64,000 nt of DNA from the human T2T-CHM13v2.0 reference genome, Homo sapiens: NCBI RefSeq assembly GCF_009914755.1, contig NC_060946.1; one strand, given 5' to 3'. Each line of letters starts with the position of its first letter. Position 1 is the stretch's first letter. Below the pieces are notes generated by a model that ran no database searches, was not told the DNA's origin, and was given only the letters and a program-made list of their open reading frames with translations. Below are positions 11,653-26,914 of the stretch, one piece after another. The translations under genes were made by a program, and so were the position numbers.

Positions 11653-13891
11653 CTAAGTGAAAGAAAATAACAAAATAGCCATGAGGATACTTCCTGTGGA
11701 AAAAACATTAAGTGTTTAGACTGAATTAATTTTTCCTCCCTGATTTAAAAATCACAGAAAAGAACTTAGAGAAAAACCTGAAAAATATAATATAAGAACA
11801 TATAGAAAAGGAAACCAAAATCACCTTTCATTTTACTATTCAAAGATTACCACAATAAACATTTGTAGTGTATCTTCCTAGTAGGATTGCTTCCTTTCTA
11901 AAAGATCTACTGAAGATAAAACTGATTTAGTTCTGCTTGGAAAATCAACTTCAAAGACAAGAACATAATTATGAATGCATACTTTATTCAAATATTAACA
12001 GTTTAAGTAAAATTTATTTTCTTCACAATTAGAAAACATGAAAAGGTACATATAATGACTTTGGTGTTTTGAATTTAAGAATCAATGTCTGAGGGACCCT
12101 TGTGTGTGAAAATAAATATTCATATACATTTTTAGTTGTTTAATGTTTGATGTATTACACTGGTTTCTATTAAACAAAACTTTAAAAACTGATTTTCTTG
12201 TGTATTTAAATCTGGGTTATAAATTTGGTTAGCTTAACTCCCGTACCAAATATAACGTTTATTTATAACTTCTTTTTGGTTGATTCTTTTGGAAAACCTG
12301 GAATATCATAACATTTAGACAAAATATTTATAAATAAAATGATTACAAAATATGTTAAACTTATATCACATCCAGTTAAAAACGTGCTGATAACATGGAT
12401 TTAATTTCTTAGTCAAGTCACAAGGGCTGGGAGGTCTCTCATCTGGATGGCTCCTGGTGAGCCCTGGAACATGGCGGTGTGGTCCAAGGCGATTTAAACG
12501 TGTGCCACAGATTATTCAGCTGAGTCCTTTTTGCAATAGATTTTTAAGACCCTCTTTCATTCAAATTTAAATTTTTGAAGCTTAGTGTCCTTCCTAAAAA
12601 TAAAATGAAATGAACTTTCCTAAAGTGTTGTATTATTAGTGCTATCTAAGTCATCATCCTGGCCTTATGAAATATTGGCATTTTCTACTGGTGTAACTTT
12701 TATTAGAAGCATCTCATCATAATAAGTAGGACATCTCAAAGGGGTTGCAACACATTAGCAAGTAATGAAATCAATGTATTGTTTCCTCAAGGGTATCGGG
12801 TGGGTGGGGGGGAAAAGGAATACACACAGACACACAGAGAAAGGGGTAAAAGAGAATACAAAATATCAAGGTGCATAACACATGGATAAGTAAGTATTGT
12901 TAAGTACAACTCTTGCTTCAGTTATACATATGTGTGTGCTGGGCTGACAATGTAAAAATGCATTTCTCAATGGATTGGGTCAAAATAGTTTTCAAGTCAC
13001 TGACTTAAGATTTTATCCTGGGGGATGAGGAAATTAGTCTAAGTGATTACCTCTTTCTGGTGGGATGTTTGTTTAATCTGTCATCTTAGAAAACACTGCT
13101 GTGTTCCTATTTTCAGTTCATTATTGTATACTACCAAAGCTGCTACTCAAAGGCTGAGCTTATCTTCTATTTGCTTGTTCTGCGTGGTGTCCACTGGTCC
13201 TTACTGTTTTTGATATAGTTATCTACTTTTTAAAGACAGTTTAGCACTCACATATTTTTGTTCAATCTTTACTTCTCACACAAACAGAAAAAGGAAATTA
13301 TGTATTCTGTATCAACAAAGATTTAACAAAACATCCGTATACTACAACTGTCTACTTACTAAAATTGAGAATTAGTATATTATCTTTTTTCTTCTTATAT
13401 TAAAACTATCTTTTCATACACTATTTTAAGCTTATGAGCTGAAAATCTTAGAGATAATTTACTTCAGTGAACTATTATTATTTATATTTTATATGCAAAT
13501 TGTCACAACTTGGTCTTAGCTAGCTCCACTGTTTGCTTGCAGTCTGTAATGTTTCTGAAAGCATGCATGATTTCTGCTACAAAGAAGATACTTATGAACT
13601 ATTCTGTTTTCCTACTCTGTGACCTAAAATTGACTGGTTCTTTAATGGAAATGAGATCCATATCTAGGCACTAAGGGTATAGAGAAATAATTGTGGGCAA
13701 AAGTACTAATGCGATTTTTGTTGCACTGTATTTTGAGATCTCTTTAAGGCTCTATGTTCTTGCTGGTTTATTCCAATTTAATGTATTACACTATTGCATC
13801 CTACTTTTTCTTTTTAAATACATTATGATTGACTGTTACAGACTTTGTGTGAAACTGACAGGAAGTTTTTATAAACAATAACAGCACTTAG

Positions 13892-14006
13892 GTTTTGAAA
13901 GACTGGTTCCCATTGTTCTCTTGGTCCAATTGCATCTGAATGCCCAACAACAAGTTCATCTGAATTTATACCAAGATATTTTCCATAGCCAGATTTCAGG
14001 GTGATT
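13892..14006 (-). pseudogene. FRG1: FRG1 paralogue exon 5 (115 nt), donor mutated
   Basis: [38 protein letters not shown] (also within ORF 13823..14029); followed by CTAAGT instead of GTAAGT. Confidence 0.95.
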
Positions 14007-14150
14007 CTGTACATTAATAAGATGGACAAAAGTTAAAAACTGAGAGAAAATTAATTATAGGACATCAAAACAGGACATGTGTATGTGTGTGGGTGTGTAC
14101 ATATCTAAAGTTTCAGACTGGACATATTCCAAGTGTTCAAAAGATGCATG

Positions 14151-14447
14151 TGGCTGAGTGGTGACTCACTCCTGTAATCTTTGTGCTTTGGGAAGGCAAT
14201 GGGAGAATTGCTTGAGGCAAGAAGTTCAAGATCAGCCTGGACAACATAGTGAGACCCCATCTTTACAAAAAATTTAAAAAGTTAGCTGGGCATGGTGGTG
14301 TGCATATGTAATACCAGCTACTTGGGAGGCTGACACAGGAGGAGTGCTTGAGCCCAGAAATTTGAGGTTATAGTGAGCTATGATCACACCACTGCCCTCC
14401 AGCCTGGGTGACAGAGTGAGACTCTGTGCCTTCAAAAAAAAAAAAAA
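14151..14447 (+). mobile_element. AluJ-type element
   Basis: Diverged full-length Alu with AluJ-type motifs (ttgagcccag, gagctatgatcacacc) and an A tail. Confidence 0.9.
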
Positions 14448-15797
14448 GCTACATGTGACTAGTTGTGGCCATATTGGACAGTAAAGTTTTAAATTTAGTT
14501 TTATATTTTGCTTTTTTAATATAAACATGGTACCTTATTTATTACATAACAAATATTTTCAAAATTCATCATTCTTCAATTATACCTCTTTAGTTATAAA
14601 TTTCAATAATAAATTACTAAAACTTTATGTCATCAAACTGTTTTCCAGAAAATGCTGCTTCCATTTACATTCTTACCTCAAATTAACGGAGTATGTTTTG
14701 TATCATGGATTTTTTTTAAAACATTATGACTCTAAAAAAATACTTGAAAACCTGATATGGAAAAAAACAGTATCCTATTAATTTGCATTTTAGTAGTTAA
14801 CTAGAATAACAATTGTTTCTCTTTTCCTTTCCTTTTTAGTTTTTAGATTATCTGGTAATGTCCTTGTCCATTTTTCTATTCAGATCTGATTGTTCGCAAT
14901 TTTCCTACTGGGTTCTTCAGTGCTATGAATTCTATACAAGATACATATGAAGAGTAAGAACTCACTGCCTATTAAGATTGTTGCAAATATTTTCCTCATT
15001 TGTCAGTTAATTTTCTTTATAATCCTTTTTTTGTTTATAATTGTAAAGCAGTTTAAAACTATTGAATTTTTCTTCCTCTGCTTTTATTCTGTCTTTCACC
15101 CTACTTATCAGACTTTCAAAGAAAGTATAGAAATAATCATCTTAATGTGATTTTTTAAAATTATGATTTCTTTTACCTTACCAAGAATTTCCTCGGATGC
15201 CAGAATTGACTTTTACTCCTTTATACGTTAATGATTATATAACAGAAATCATTATCATGTTGATGTAACCAATTACTAAAATATGTAAATTCACTTTCAG
15301 TATCTTTTACCCAAAGAATCATTCTATACTTCTGCACAAGGTGAGAATAAAAAAGGTTACTTTATAAAATGACTGTAAAAATAGTGAGTAAAAATATTCT
15401 TTTGGTTGTTATGATGCTGTAACATTCTCTGCTGGTTTCAACAATATTCCTTTTTTTAGTCTTCCTGTTTGTCTTTAGACTTCCAAACAGTGAGTTTAAA
15501 TATCATAGCAACAGTGAACAAGGTTTTGTAGTATTTGATTTATTTTTTAATCTATCTTACTTGGTGTGTGAAATTATTAATCTTCATTTTTTAACTTACA
15601 TATCTTTCTTCCAGCCTAGCATTATATATTGATAGGAAATCCACTAAAAGTAGATCACAAAATCTACTTTTCAAAAAAGCTATTTCATTTTTTATATCAA
15701 AATTACCATGGGTTTAAGACAGATACTAAAAATTTTAATGAATACAATTAAATTTTTAAAATAACTGGTTACTAATTATATTACAACATAAGCTCAC

Positions 15798-15855
15798 CTG
15801 GAATCAGATAATTTGACAGTCATAAACTGCTCTGGAGGACTAGGGCCCTCATCAA
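15798..15855 (-). pseudogene. FRG1: FRG1 paralogue exon 4 (58 nt), acceptor lost
   Basis: VDEGPSPPEQFMTVKLSDSR; upstream sequence is ttttttctccaata|TTGATG with no AG; donor GTGAGC intact. Confidence 0.93.
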
Positions 15856-16635
15856 TATTGGAGAAAAAAACATTTGAAAATAAATTTGACATTTGCTATA
15901 AATATAAAGACATTATTTTGCTTTAAAAAATGTCGCTATTTTCTTCTGCAATTAAATGTAAGAATATTCAGATATACTGATGTCACTGTAATACTGTATC
16001 TTTGGAATCAAGATCTATTTTACCTTCTTTTAACTACAGTGCTAATTTTATACACTGAGTAAGACAGGGTGATATAATGCTTATTTAATAACTTTCGAGA
16101 TAGCTTCTCTTTATGTTTTAAAATACAGTCATAAATAAGCACTTATTTAAAAAAGCTAAATGCTTTCATTTATTCAATGGATGGCCTTGCTGACCAAATG
16201 ATACTGCTTTTTATCTTCTAATTATTTCGTATCTCATTAGTGCTTCCTCTAATGGGCTAAAGAAAATGAGGAAACTTCAAATTGTTAAATGCACCCAGGT
16301 TAGTTTTGGTAATAGGTCTGAATAAAAAAGAAATTCAAACATGTTTGACTCAAATAGGTTTTCTTTTTTCTTTCCACTTACTATTTTAATTATTCATATT
16401 GTTTTGATTTCCAAAGATACTCTTCTGGAACTATATGGAATGTTTTCAAATGCTTATATTAGAAAGAGGGACTTGCCAACGGCTAGTAAATATTAAGGAA
16501 TTAAAAAAATGGACGAGTCAAATGCAATGGTTCCATTCCTTTGGAAAATGTTTGAGACTAGTTAGAGTTTGGCCTAAGTGAATGAATGTCCTAAAATCTA
16601 CACTTGTGGCAGGATCTTCCCTTCCAGACACAAAC

Positions 16636-16761
16636 CTTCTTTGTGTGGAGCTCCCAGGGTAAAAAGACCATCGTCGAGTGCATGTATATAGGTTCCCTCA
16701 TCCATTTCAATGGCTATGGTTCCTGAAATTTCATCAAAGTTTGTTACTGTTCACCAGATTC
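16636..16761 (-). pseudogene. FRG1: FRG1 paralogue exon 3 (126 nt) with in-frame stop
   Basis: [41 protein letters not shown]; TGA at 16753-16751 replaces a Trp codon; AG/GT boundaries. Confidence 0.95.
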
Positions 16762-16829
16762 CTAAAAAATAAAATTGATATTTCAACTTTATATTTTAGT
16801 TTTGACACAGAGTTCTTTGTTATTATAAC

Positions 16830-17056
16830 TTAGTTTTAAAAACCTTTTATTTTGCAGTCATAAGAAATAATACGAAGATCTCACATATCCTTTACTCGCT
16901 TTGTCTCAATGATGACATCTTACATAAGTATCATACATTGTTAGAATCAGGAAACTGACGTTGATATAATCCATGAAGCTTATTCAGATTTCACCAGTTT
17001 TACATGTACTTGTTTGCATGTATGTGCACAGATTCCTGCGATTACCAGCACAGTCA
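16830..17056 (-). mobile_element. Old L1MC-type 3' end fragment
   Basis: aatcaggaaactgacgttgatataatccat...ttattcagatttcaccagttttacatgtact. Confidence 0.65.
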
Positions 17057-17091
17057 GGATTAGGTTTTTAAAATACAAAATAGCAATATAC

Positions 17092-17245
17092 AGCCAGGCA
17101 TGGGGGTGCATGCCTGTAATCCCAGCTACTCGGGGAGCTGTGAAAGAGGATCACTTGAGCCCAGGAGTTCAAGGTTATAGTGAGCTATGATCATGCCACT
17201 GCACTCTAGCCTGAGTGACAGAGCAAGGTCCTGTCTCAAAAAAAG
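17092..17245 (+). mobile_element. Alu monomer (FRAM/AluJ right arm)
   Basis: agccaggcatgggggtgcatgcctgtaatcccagctactc...tcctgtctcaaaaaaa. Confidence 0.85.
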
Positions 17246-17413
17246 ACCGAAACAAAACAAAAGGCAACATGTGAAGGTACAAAGTGATATATGGAGAACG
17301 GTCTCTCTCATGATAGACCCCAGCCATCTATTCATGCCTGCTTTCCAGAGGCAATGCCTATCATAATACTTCTTAAAAATGTCTCTACAGGAAGACTTTC
17401 TAGCATAGTAAAC

Positions 17414-17711
17414 TTTTTTTTTTTTTTTTGAGACGGAGTCTCGCTCTGTCGCCCAGACTGGAGTGCAGTGACACGATCTTGGCTCACTGCAACCTCCGCC
17501 TCCTGGATTCAAACAATTCTCTACCTCAGCTTCCAGAGTAGCTGGGGTTACAAGAACCTGCCACCATGACCGAATAATTTTTTTTGTATTTTTAGTAGAG
17601 ACGGGGTTTCACCACATTGGCCAGGCTGGTCTTGAACTCCTGACCTCGTGATCCACCCGCCTCTGCCTCCCAAAGTTCTGGGATTACAGATGTGAGCCAC
17701 CGCTCCCGGCC
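17414..17711 (-). mobile_element. Alu (AluSg-like), full length
   Basis: T tail plus antisense Alu body; TSD-like AGTAAACTT / AGTAATCTT. Confidence 0.93.
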
Positions 17712-18339
17712 AGTAATCTTAACTATGATTTTAGATTGAAAGCAAAATGAGCAGAATCTATGTCTATGTTTACTAATTTCCAATTTGCCAATAGAAATGT
17801 TAGACTTTAGCCACAATTATTTTAGCACTTGTTATAAAAGTTTATATCTTAATGTTAAAAAATATCCTCAAAACTCCTCCTAAATTGTACTTTAACTAGA
17901 GTAGAAATGAGTCAATCATTAACTGGATATGACATATTAAGGAATTCTTGTTAATTTTGCAAGGTCTGATAATGACATAGTATAATGCATAAAAGTAAAG
18001 AACAAAACAGGTGATGAGAGAAAGACATACCACGTTAAGAAATGTACATTTATGTACTTATGGGTAAAATGACATAATATCTGTGATTTTACTTAAAATT
18101 TTCTAGGAAAAAATGTGTGTGGGGGTGTGTATGTAAATGAAATGAGATTGGCAAAACATTGATAATTAATGCTGGGGCCTGGGCACATGGGGGACTAATT
18201 ATATTCTTCTATGTATGGATTAGTTTGGATATTTCCATAATAAAAAGGTTTTAAAGATTCAGTTAATTCCACTGCACAAAATTTTCTATTCAACTAAACA
18301 TTTCATGCTTTTCATAATCAATTTTAAAATACATAAAAT

Positions 18340-19050
18340 TTCAGCTAAAATGAAGTTGGACCCTTATCTAACACCAAATACAAAAAGTAACCTAAAATAG
18401 ACCAAAGACCTAAATGTAAGAGCTAAAGTTAGAAAACTTTTAGAAGAAAATGGGAAAAGCTTCACGACAATGAATTTGGCAATGATTTCTTATATAGAAC
18501 ATCAAAGGCACAGGCAAGAAAAGAAAACACGGACAAACTGGACTTCATCAGAATTAAAAACTTTTGTGCATCAAGAACCACTGTCAAGAGAGTAAAAGGC
18601 AACCCAGAGAATGGAGAAAATATTTGTAAACTACATACATTATAAGGAATTAATATCCAGAGTATATAGAGAACTCCAAAAAGACAAACACCACAATTCA
18701 AAACTGGGCAAAGGATATACATGGACATTGCTCCAAAGATGATATACGAATGGTCAATAAGCACTGGAAAAGACGCTCAACATCACTAGTCACTAGGAAA
18801 ATATAAATCAAAACCATAATGCAATACCACTTCACACCCATTAAAATGCTATTATCAAAACAAACAAAAAACGGAAACCAAGAAAACCAGAAAAACAAAT
18901 GTTGGGCAGGATGTGGAGAAACGGAAACCCTGTGCAATGCTGGTGGGAAGGTAAAATGGTGCTGCATGTATTTAAATGCCACTGAAGTGTACACGTAAAA
19001 ATAGAAAAACTGGCAAATTCTATATTCTGTATATTTTACCTCCACACACA
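18340..19050 (+). mobile_element. L1MB-type 3' ORF2/UTR fragment
   Basis: aatgaagttggacccttatc...gacttcatcagaattaaaaacttttgtgc...atgttgggcaggatgtggagaaa. Confidence 0.8.
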
Positions 19051-19929
19051 CGAAACCAATGGAGAAAAGGAAAATTAATCAAAATTAAAATTTCAGCTAA
19101 AGATGATTAGAAAGCAATAAAACTAATGACAATTTAGATAATTGAGTTATAGCTACAATTGTTTTCAGTAAAAGAAATAATGCTTTATTCAGAATCATTA
19201 TGAACAGTGTTATGATTAGCAAGTCTTTCCTATAAATGTAATAGTTAATAATTGTAAATTAGTTTTATTTTGTATGTTCTATGCCATGTTCACCAAGTAC
19301 ACTTAATATTAAATAATTTAAATATAATATCTCATTAATGTTTTGCAAATGAAGAAGATATTTCTGGCAGACAAGCTCCTCAAAATTTTCACACTCTGTC
19401 CAAGTAGTGAAATGATACAATAACATTACTTATAATATTGTCAACTGAAAAAGAAATTACTTTGAGCAGATGCCAGTATTTCTTCTCAATGAGATTTCAA
19501 AGAATAAGAAAGCTAAATACAGTATCATCAAGAATTAAATGTGAGCATTCTGCCTACTTTCTGCAAGTGGCCTACATTCAATATTTGGAGGTATGCTTAT
19601 ATGTTTAACGACTAAAGTAACATAACATAATACTTAACAGTGCCACTCGGGGGTTTTAGCTGTGAAAAAGCAGTGGATCCTAAGAACAGTGGGCACTGAA
19701 GTAGCCTGTCTCCATGTCAGGTTACAGCTCAAGCTGTGTATATGCTGCAGACGTCTGAGCTGAATTTAAGAGAATCCGCTCTAAAACATTACTTGCTATT
19801 TAGACACATGCTTAAAGTTATTTCCTTTTAAACCTTAGGCAGATGATGAAATATTCCCGCTGTGTTGTCTCACAATGCATAACAAAGCTTTTCACATATT
19901 TTCAGATAGTTGAGAATTTTTCCATATGT

Positions 19930-20216
<287 letters not shown>

Positions 20217-21764
20217 GTCCCGATGCACCCGTGTCATGGCTGATAAGATACTACCAGGGCACCCTCATTCTAGCATCAAGGCTGTGTGACAGCTCACCTC
20301 ACCTTCTGACTAACCCAGTGCTTCTGTGCTAAGGGCCCCCTTAAACCTCTACCTTCATTATGTGCTTGGCACAAAGGAATGATATATCCTAGATTTGGAA
20401 ATGGAATTTTCTTCCCCAATCTTACTGTAGTCTAAGTACCCTTCACAGAACTTCTATTAACCCATAGCTTACTTAGCTTTAGTTCCTGGGTAAATCAAAT
20501 CTGTGTTTTGCAAACTACGATGTTGTAAGTTCAATTGCTTCTGAATCTAGCAGAGCTCAGTGAAACTCTTTGCTTACAGACATGCTCATTTTTATTAATG
20601 TCACACACGGTATTCTCCATGTGAAAGACAGAATTTCTTTCATCCTGTTTACCAATCCCTTCAGATCCTTGTGAGGAACCAACAGAACAGCTTTAAAAAA
20701 TTAAAAGGTTTTTCCTTTCCCTTGACAAATAGGCACATGCTTACATATACGGCAAGTTTAGAGAATCCACAATGCAAAAGAAGGTGGAAGGACAAAGAGA
20801 AAAAGACGCAGAAGGACTTCCTCTTCCAGCCAAGATGGACTTGCCCTCCCACCATGACCAACGAGAAAACTGAAACTAGATAGAATATTTGAGAGAACTG
20901 TTTTCGGGGATTGGAACACAGGCAGAACAGGACTGTGATATTTGAGAACAGGAAAACACAGGAGGCAAATCTCACATACACTTCTCTTTTCTGTCCAATG
21001 GCAGTTTCTTGACCACACAGAGAGAGGTAGAGACCTCCAAAAATGAGGCAATGTCACTGTCACGAAGCTAAGAGTCTTGCAGTGCTAACGTGTTTGGAGT
21101 TTATAGAATAAGGTACTGGAGAAGAGGGAACTACATACAGGTGAGGCCTCAAAAGAGCATGCAAAAGTTCTCTGCAGGTCTGGGGCCAAGGGCTGGGGGG
21201 AGTGCATACAGTAGGCAGGCTCCACAGGGCCTCTGCAGAGTGGCTGGCACTTCTGAGGGCTGAGTGGAGATGCCAGAGATCACACAAATTTGGGACATAG
21301 CAGAGTGGAGAGAACTCACCAAGTATACCTAGAACATGTGGCTGGGGCCCATGAGGATGAATCTTTCCTAGAGTAAGAGTCACTGTCTAAGTCTACAGGC
21401 AAAAACCTAATAAATAAGCACAAACTAACAAAGGCCCAGGCTTGACAGGAGCAAAAGGGTGGTCAAATAATTTAACTAGGCATCAAGACATTTAACAGAA
21501 ATAAAGGTTAAAATGTTATGAAAATGAAAGACTGAATTTATAAGGAAGACTTAACAATCCTAAATGTGTACACATGACAGCTTCAAAATACTTTAAGCAA
21601 AAACTGCTCAAGTAGACAGATCTAGAATTACAGCTGGAGATTTTAACATAACTCTCAATACATTGTAGGATGAGTAAAAAATCAGTAAGGCCACAGAAGA
21701 TGTGAATAGTCACAAGCTCCACCAGTTGATCTAACTGACATCTTAAGAACACTGAACCACAGGG

Positions 21765-22070
<306 letters not shown>

Positions 22071-22483
22071 AAACTCTGAACCAAAACTGCAGAATACACA
22101 TTATTTTCAAGTGTACATGGAAATTTACTAAGAAAGTATGTTTTCCAACTATACTATAAATGAATTAGAAATCAGCAACAATAACATACCTATAATATCT
22201 CTATGTAGTAGAAATTAAAAACAATACACTTTTAAATAACTCTAGTGTCCATGAAAAGAAAAATCACAAGGAAAACTGGATGATATTTTGAATGGAATGA
22301 AAATGAAAACAAAATGTGTTGACTATAACTAAAACTAACATGGAATGAAGAGATCCAACTCCCTTCTTAAGAAGCAATAAAACAAGAGCAAAGTAAACTG
22401 AAAATAAGTTAAATGGAGGGAAAAAAAGGCTGAAAATAAATGAAATAAAACATGAAAAAAAGAGAAAATAAGTAATACTGAAA

Positions 22484-22696
22484 CAGGCTTGTCCAACCTA
22501 AGGGCTGCATGTGGCCCAGGCCAGCTTTGAATACAGCCCAACACAAATTCATAAACTTTCTTGAAACATTATGAGATTTTTTTCTTTTTTTTTTTTTTTT
22601 TGGCTCATCAGCTTATCATTAGTGTATTCTATGTGTGGCACAAGACAATTCTCCTTCCATTGTGGCCCAGGGAAGCTAAAAGATTGAATAACCCTG
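22484..22696. mobile_element. MER30 (hAT-Charlie MITE)
   Basis: Inverted termini caggcttgtccaacct / agattgaataaccctg; MER30 core cagcccaacacaaattcataaactttc; degenerate 8-bp TSD tactgaaa / tattaaaa. Confidence 0.85.
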
Positions 22697-24498
22697 TATT
22701 AAAAGATCATTAATGATCTAAAATAAATGATCTTATAAAGAATTGATAAACCTCCAGCTAGACTAACTGAGCCAGGAAAAAATGGAAAAAAACACAAATT
22801 ACCAATATGAAGAGACTGCAATACAGATTAGATTCTACAGACATTAAAAGGATATTAAAGGAATATTCTGAACAATTTTATGCCAATAAATCCAACAACT
22901 TGGATGAAATGAAATTTTCCTAAAAGACACAAATTACCAAAACCGACAACAGAAAAATCTGAAAATATCTCTTAAAAAATCTTAATTCTCCCACAAAAAC
23001 AAAAACCAAACCAAAGAAAACCCTCTAGGTTCAGATGACTTCACTGGTAAATCCTATCAAACATGTAAAGAAGAATCATACCTATCTTACACAGCTATTT
23101 CCAAAAACAGGGAAGGAGACAGCAATTCCCATGTAATTTTATGACACCCAATATCACCTTGACACCAAAATCAAATAAACCCATTACAAGAAAAGGATAC
23201 AAAAGTCCAATATCTCCCATCAACACCAATATAGAAATCTTAAAAAAAAAAAAAGCACCTAGAAATCAACTCTAGCAATATCCCAAAGGACAACGCACCA
23301 CAACCAAGTGGGGTTTATCTCAGGGATGTAAAGTGAGTTTAAAAGTTGAAAATGAAACCAATGTAATTCATTGGCAGAATGAAGAAAGTTGTGTAATCAT
23401 CTCAACTGATACAGAAAGAGGCACTTGACAGCATTAAACATCCTTATGATAAAAACTCCCAAGAAATAAAGTTTAAAAGGAATGTCCTCATTTTGATAAA
23501 GGTTTTCTCTGCAGTTCCTACAGACATCATACCATATGGTGGACTACTGAAAGCTTTCTGCCTAAGCTTGGAAACAATGCAATTATGCCCATTCTCATGA
23601 CTTCTGTTCAACACTATGGAAGTCCTGGACAGTATAATAAACCAATAAAAAGCAAGACAAGACATAAGGATTAGAAAGAAAGAAGTAAAATGATAGTCAC
23701 AGGAAACATAACTGCAAATTTCTTAGTGTTCTATATAAACAAACCACTAGAAGTAATAAGTGAAACAGACGTTATCAGACTATAAAGTCACTATACAAAA
23801 ATCAATTGTATATCTACATACTGACAGCAAACAACTGGAAAATCAAATTCAAAAGTTCTACTGACAGTAGTGTCAAATTATAAAATACTTAAGAATAAAT
23901 TTTTAAACAGGCATGCAATACTGCTACATTGAAAATTATGAAATATTGAGGCCCAATATTAAGATGTTGATTCTCGCCCCAAATGATCTCGACTCAATAC
24001 AATTCTCCGAGAAAATCCAACAGGCTTCACTGTAGAAATTAATAAACTAATAGTTAGTAAGTACAAAGTTGGAGCACATACTACCTGATCTCAAGACTTC
24101 ATGAAATTATAGAAATCAAGAGAAATATACCAACAGAAAAACAGACAATCGATAGAACAGAGTCCAGAAATAGACCAATACATAGAAAGTTAATTGATTT
24201 TTTATGAAGATATGAAACTGGATTAATGCAAAAAGGAAACACCAGTGGTGCTAGCACAAATGGCTATCAAGATGTTAAAAAAAAAAGTAAATCTTGAAAC
24301 CAAACTCACACCATGCCAAAAATTAATTTGAGATTAATGACAGATTTAATGTAAAAACTAAAACTATGATGTCTCTGAAAGACAATGTAGAATATTTTCC
24401 TGACTTTGGGGTAAGCAAAGATCTCTTAGATCAAAGAGATAAGGCAGTAACCATAAAATTAAAAAATAAACTAAGCTTTATAAAAATTAAAAGCTTCT

Positions 24499-24746
<248 letters not shown>

Positions 24747-25648
24747 TTAAGAAACTGAAAAGGTAAAACTCAGACTGGGAGAAAAGACTGATAACACCAT
24801 TAACTCTTGGCAAGGATGTAACTGGAGAACTAATTAATTCTTGGTGGGAGGGTAAAATAGCACAACCACTTTAGAAAATTTTTGGCAGTTTCTTACATAG
24901 TTAAACATTCACCTATCCTTTGACACAGCAATTCCACATCTATATATCTACCCTAGATATTTACCCTAATTTTAGAATTGTTGAATTGCCATTTCAAAAG
25001 CAATGATCCTTCCAGAACATTAGCTTTCTACCATTCCATATTTTATATATTTTTTAAGCTACCATAATTTATGAAGATTCAAAATGCAACTTGCCAAGTT
25101 TTAAAAGAGAAAAAAAAAGTATGGAAACAGCTAAACGGAAAACAGGCTGGTTAAGTGTGTTTGGGCCAGTTTATTTCTAGTATCATTTACAGGCTACCTG
25201 ATACTGTATTTAAAATTTTCATTCATTTCAGAGTTCACAAAATAATGATTTTTCCTGTGAAGATACTTCGTTTAAGAGACAACTGACTTCTACAACTAAA
25301 AGTTATACATGTTCAAAGAAAATAACTTGTAAAATATAGTTGGTTGAATAACATTTACATTAAGCCTTTATAATTATGTATCAGAATTTCCAGCTATTAA
25401 GCAGTCTAATGTTGCCTACTAAGTCAGAGAGTTGTAATTCTCTCCTGTGCTCTGTTCTGATAATGAAGTAAAGGGATCAGTAGCATCTACTGTGCTAAAG
25501 AATAAATGGAATTTACAACTGTAGGTAATATTTAAGCACTTTAAGACTAATATGAGTACATCATAAATTTCTAACTAGGAAAATATTTTCAATGAGATCT
25601 CAACAAATGTTAACTTTTTTCAGAATAAAGCACTGAAAACTGACTCAC

Positions 25649-25718
25649 CAACATATCAAACTGGGTTTCTTCATCTTCTTCTCTTTTTCTCTTCTTCTCT
25701 TTGCTCTTTTTCTTCTTA
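25649..25718 (-). pseudogene. FRG1: FRG1 paralogue exon 2 (70 nt; 1-nt deletion)
   Basis: KKKKSKEKKRKREEDEETQFD; ends GATATGTTG where recalled FRG1 has GATATTGTTG. Exons 1+2 total 132 nt, out of phase with exon 3. Confidence 0.93.
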
Positions 25719-25914
25719 CTACAGGACATAATTTATACAGATGAGTTTAGGTATATTGACTTGTGTGATAAATAAATATTGTAAGATTGAAACTTGGAAG
25801 TCTTTTAAGCTGTTACATTTATAAATTATTGATTTAGGAAGACTTACATTGCTATGCCCTCTTAAATACAGTACTGAGAAGTTGCTTCAGGCTTTGTACA
25901 TATTATGTTAAAGT

Positions 25915-26085
25915 TCAAAGCAGATTGTAGAGCCACACTGCCAGATTTTATATCCCGATTCTGTCACTTCTTAGCTCTGTGATTTTTGGAAAAGGTACTG
26001 AATCTCTCTGTGAGTCAGTTTCCCACTTAAAAAATTAGGATAGCAACTTAATTCTTAAGGCTATTGTGAGGATTAAGAGGTAATA
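25915..26085 (+). mobile_element. MIR fragment
   Basis: ctgtcacttcttagctctgtgatttttgg...ctctctgtgagtcagtttcc...ggctattgtgaggattaa. Confidence 0.7.
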
Positions 26086-26094
26086 TGTATCTTC

Positions 26095-26700
26095 ACACAT
26101 GGCTGGTAGAAATGTAAAATGGTGCAGCATCTACAGGAAACAGTTTAGGGTTCCTCAAAAAGTTAAAGAGTTACCATATGACCCAGCAATTTTACTCCTA
26201 AGTATGTATTCCCAAGGGAAATGAAAACATACACCCACAAAAATACTTACATAAGAATATTCACACTAGCATTAGTCACAATAGTCAAAAAGGGGAAACA
26301 ACCTAAATGTTCATCAACTGATGAATGGATGAACAAAATGTTACATCCATACAATGGAATACTATGCAGTCATAAAAAGGAACAAGTGCTACAACAATGA
26401 TGGACCTCAAGAATGTTATAAGTGAAAGAAGCCAGATACAAAAGGCCACATGTTGCATGATTTCTTAGAAAATATTCAGAATAGGCAATTTCACATAGAT
26501 AGCAGACTAGTGGTTGCCAAGGACTAGGAGAGGGGGAGGATGGGATGTGACTGCTTTAATGGGTAGGAAGAGATTCTTCTGAGATGATGAAAATGCTGAG
26601 CAACTAGACAGTGGTGAACCTCTTGAATATATACTAAAAACCACTGACTGTACAGAAGGGTGAATTTTATAATTATGAATTACATCGCAATAAAAAAATA
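26095..26700 (+). mobile_element. L1MB-type 3' end
   Basis: gttaccatatgacccagcaatt...catacaatggaatactat...gaaagaagccagatacaaaaggccac...aataaaaaaa. Confidence 0.85.
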
Positions 26701-26914
26701 AAAACCCAAGAGCGATTTGAAAAAAGTTAATGTGCAAAGTGCCTACAACAATTTCTTGGCGCATTGAAAGTGCTATATGAGCATTAATTATGATTATTAC
26801 GATAATCTTAAGACACTCTTGTATGCATTTTCATCATAAAGTTTTCAGAAGATAACTCACCACTCCTCACAGGAAATTCACAGAGTAAAAATCTCACATT
26901 CATTCAGGATATAC

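Noticed and set aside
12400-12520. GC-richer unique patch in FRG1 intron 5 with a YY1-like AACATGGCGG; possible cryptic exon
   Set aside because: No canonical splice pair could be assigned in this copy; conservation data would be needed.
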